A DNA stretch of 64,000 nucleotides from Eledone cirrhosa (lineage: Eukaryota), in contig OZ024743.1 in NCBI GenBank assembly GCA_964016885.1, positions 321,346,001 to 321,410,000 on the forward strand, in the 5' to 3' direction. Numbering within the stretch: position 1 is the stretch's first letter; each line of letters begins with the position of its first letter. Below, piece after piece: positions 61,894-64,000 of this stretch. The notes beneath the pieces were generated by a model. That model did not search any database. It had not been told where the DNA came from and saw only the letters and a program-made list of their open reading frames with translations. The position numbers and the translations under genes were made by a program.

Positions 61894-62029
61894 ATAAGAA
61901 AAGCATCTATAAATTAGTTGGTAGTCGAAGTTTGGTGTCTGGAAAAGTTCAAAAACTTTACTTTTCAGATTACTTGACTCTATGTGGAAACATTAATGCG
62001 GATGAGATATGCTCTGAATTAGGTTTCAA
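61894..62029 (+). CDS. Exon J: N-terminal half of an SRCR-like domain
   Basis: T-rich tract + TAG acceptor, AA|GTAAAT donor, 136 bp, phase 1-2, in frame with exon I. Translates KKSIYKLVGSRSLVSGKVQKLYFSDYLTLCGNINADEICSELGF, resembling SRCR RLV.G....G.V......VC....A..VC..LG[FY]. Confidence 0.78.
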
Positions 62030-62530
62030 GTAAATATTTTTTCTATATTTATTATATTGATTGTAGTGCTAAAAATGATACATAAATGTGTAGTTTTCTG
62101 TATAATAATGAAATATGCAATGTTCCTTGTTTTTCACTTAAAATCCAACTGTTTAACCTACCTTTTCATTTTCATAGTAATAGCAATGATAGGTGTGTAT
62201 GTGTGTCTTCAATGCATTTATGTACCAGCACCATTCACCACCAGCACCACCATCACTGGCACCAACCTCCACCACCACCGTTACCATCACTGACACCATC
62301 CACCACCACCACCACCATCACCAGCGTAGAGCAAACAATTATTATTATTATTATATAAAAACTGAACTGGACTGGAAAAGTCAACAGTTGACATGATTTT
62401 GATTTTGTATCAGTACTGACGGTAATATATATATATATGTATGAGTGTGTGAGTGGTGTGTGTGTGTTTGTATGCATGAGTGTTGGTGTGAGAGTGGCGT
62501 GTGTGTTTGTAGTTTGTATGCATGAGTGTT

Positions 62531-62579
<49 letters not shown>

Positions 62580-62629
62580 ATGTTGTGTCAATAAGTGGGG
62601 TTTTTTTTTTTTTATGACCATGCTGTAAA

Positions 62630-64000
62630 ATGGAGGGGTAGAGAGGGCCCTTGAATCTAGTAAGACATCCCCTTTAGTGCTGGTGACACAAATAAAAGGA
62701 CCCAGCCCATGCTGTAAAGTGGCTCTGGTGTTAGGAAGGGCATCCAACCAGTGTATCAATGCCAAAACGTTTATCAGCACAGCAACAAATAGATAAGAAA
62801 AACAACAAAATATGAAGATGTCGAATCTCAGAGTTGCAACACTTAATGTTGGCACTCTCAGAGGTAGATCTGCTGAAATAGCGGAGATGCTGGAGAGAAG
62901 GCAGGTGGATGTGTGCTGCGTGCAAGAGGTGAGATGGAGAAGTGCCTCTGCAAGACTAGTTGTAGGCAAACATCTTAGCTATAAGCTTTTCTGGGTAGGT
63001 AAGGATGATGGGTTAGGGGGAGTAGGCATTTTCCTGGCTGAGAGATGGATCAATAAGACAATAGAGGTAGTTCGAGTTAGTAATCAAATAATTAAGCTTA
63101 GATTAGTTGTAGGCAGGAGACTACTGACAATCATCTCTGCCTATGCTCCCAAAGCAGGCCTAGGCAAAGAAGAGAAAGACTGCTTTTATGAGCAACTTTT
63201 ACAAACAACCACAAGGCCAGAGCACAGAGACATCGTTATGCCAGCAGGGGACTTCAATGGTCATGTTGGACAGCTCCAGGATGGTTACACTGGGGTACAT
63301 GGTGGGAACGGTTACGGCTCAAGAAATGAAGAAGGAGTGCGACTTCATAAATTTTGCGATACAAGTACACTGATTATTTGCAACACTAACTTCCAGAAAC
63401 CTGCCAACCACCTAATACCTACAAATCTGGCGAGCACATAAGCCAGATTGACTTCTTACTAGTTAGGCAGCGGGACAGGCAGATAGTGTCTAATACCAAG
63501 GCATACCTTGGGGAAGAATGTACCCCACAGCATAGGTTAGTCGTTAGTGATATCTCAGTAAGCAAGAGATGGAATGAGACATACAGGAAGGTGTGGAGAA
63601 GAAAGGTCTGGAAGCTAAGAGACCTTTCACCAAAATCCAAATTTAGGAAAGTCCTCCAAGATGTGTATGACGAAAAAGAAGACGATTTAGAGACGTATGA
63701 CATAGATAATAACTGGAATTTCTTACATGACAACTTACTGCAGGCTACAGATGAAACTTGTGGCTGGAACAGAGCTCCAACCAGACAGAGAGTGACCTGG
63801 TGGTGGAACAGCACAGTAGATAAGGCATTTTATTCAAAAGACTAGCATGGAAGGCTTGGAAAAAGGGTGGGAGTAGGGAAGGATATACAGCCACTAAGAG
63901 AGAAGCTAGGTGTACTTAGCACGCAGGGAGGCTGAGAGTAGGAGGTTTGCCAATGTTCTGCGACGGGAAGATCAGAGGCGTGCGGTGTTCCACATTGCAA
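62630..64000 (+). mobile_element. RTE-clade LINE 5' portion (5' UTR + APE endonuclease), continues past the window
   Basis: ORF 62,812-63,441: LRVATLNVGTL, CCVQEVRW, GVGI, IISAYAP, GDFNGHVG. Frameshifted continuation QIDFLL, QHRLVV, WWWN. Confidence 0.95.

Overview
Animal (eukaryotic) genomic DNA, AT-rich and dominated by repeats. The SINE/RTE repertoire and microsatellite style suggest an octopus or other coleoid cephalopod, but this is recalled resemblance, not verified. (1) 1-~18,470 is a tandem array of a 77-bp non-coding satellite (~238 copies, running off the left edge) with a 5,331-bp higher-order repeat and a monomer that folds into a hairpin. (2) Ten + strand GT-AG exons (19,654-62,029) splice into one uninterrupted frame encoding (MAM-LDLa)x3 plus the start of an SRCR-like domain. 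This is an internal part of a mosaic extracellular protein, possibly an enteropeptidase/TMPRSS-like protease; both ends lie outside the window. (3) The introns hold RTE LINE fragments, two tRNA-derived SINE families, mariner remnants and a MITE, an R4/Dong-like fragment and Penelope-like fragments. (4) One intron holds a three-level nest: a Helitron (42,741-52,880) contains a CsRn1-like Gypsy element (42,842-49,225), which contains a 657-bp solo-LTR-like insert. That insert is the most unusual item. It carries five tandem tRNA-Arg PBS-like motifs, each preceded by an LTR-end-like sequence, and one unit is a copy of the host Gypsy U5 end. No prokaryotic genes, rRNA, true tRNA or CRISPR array were found.
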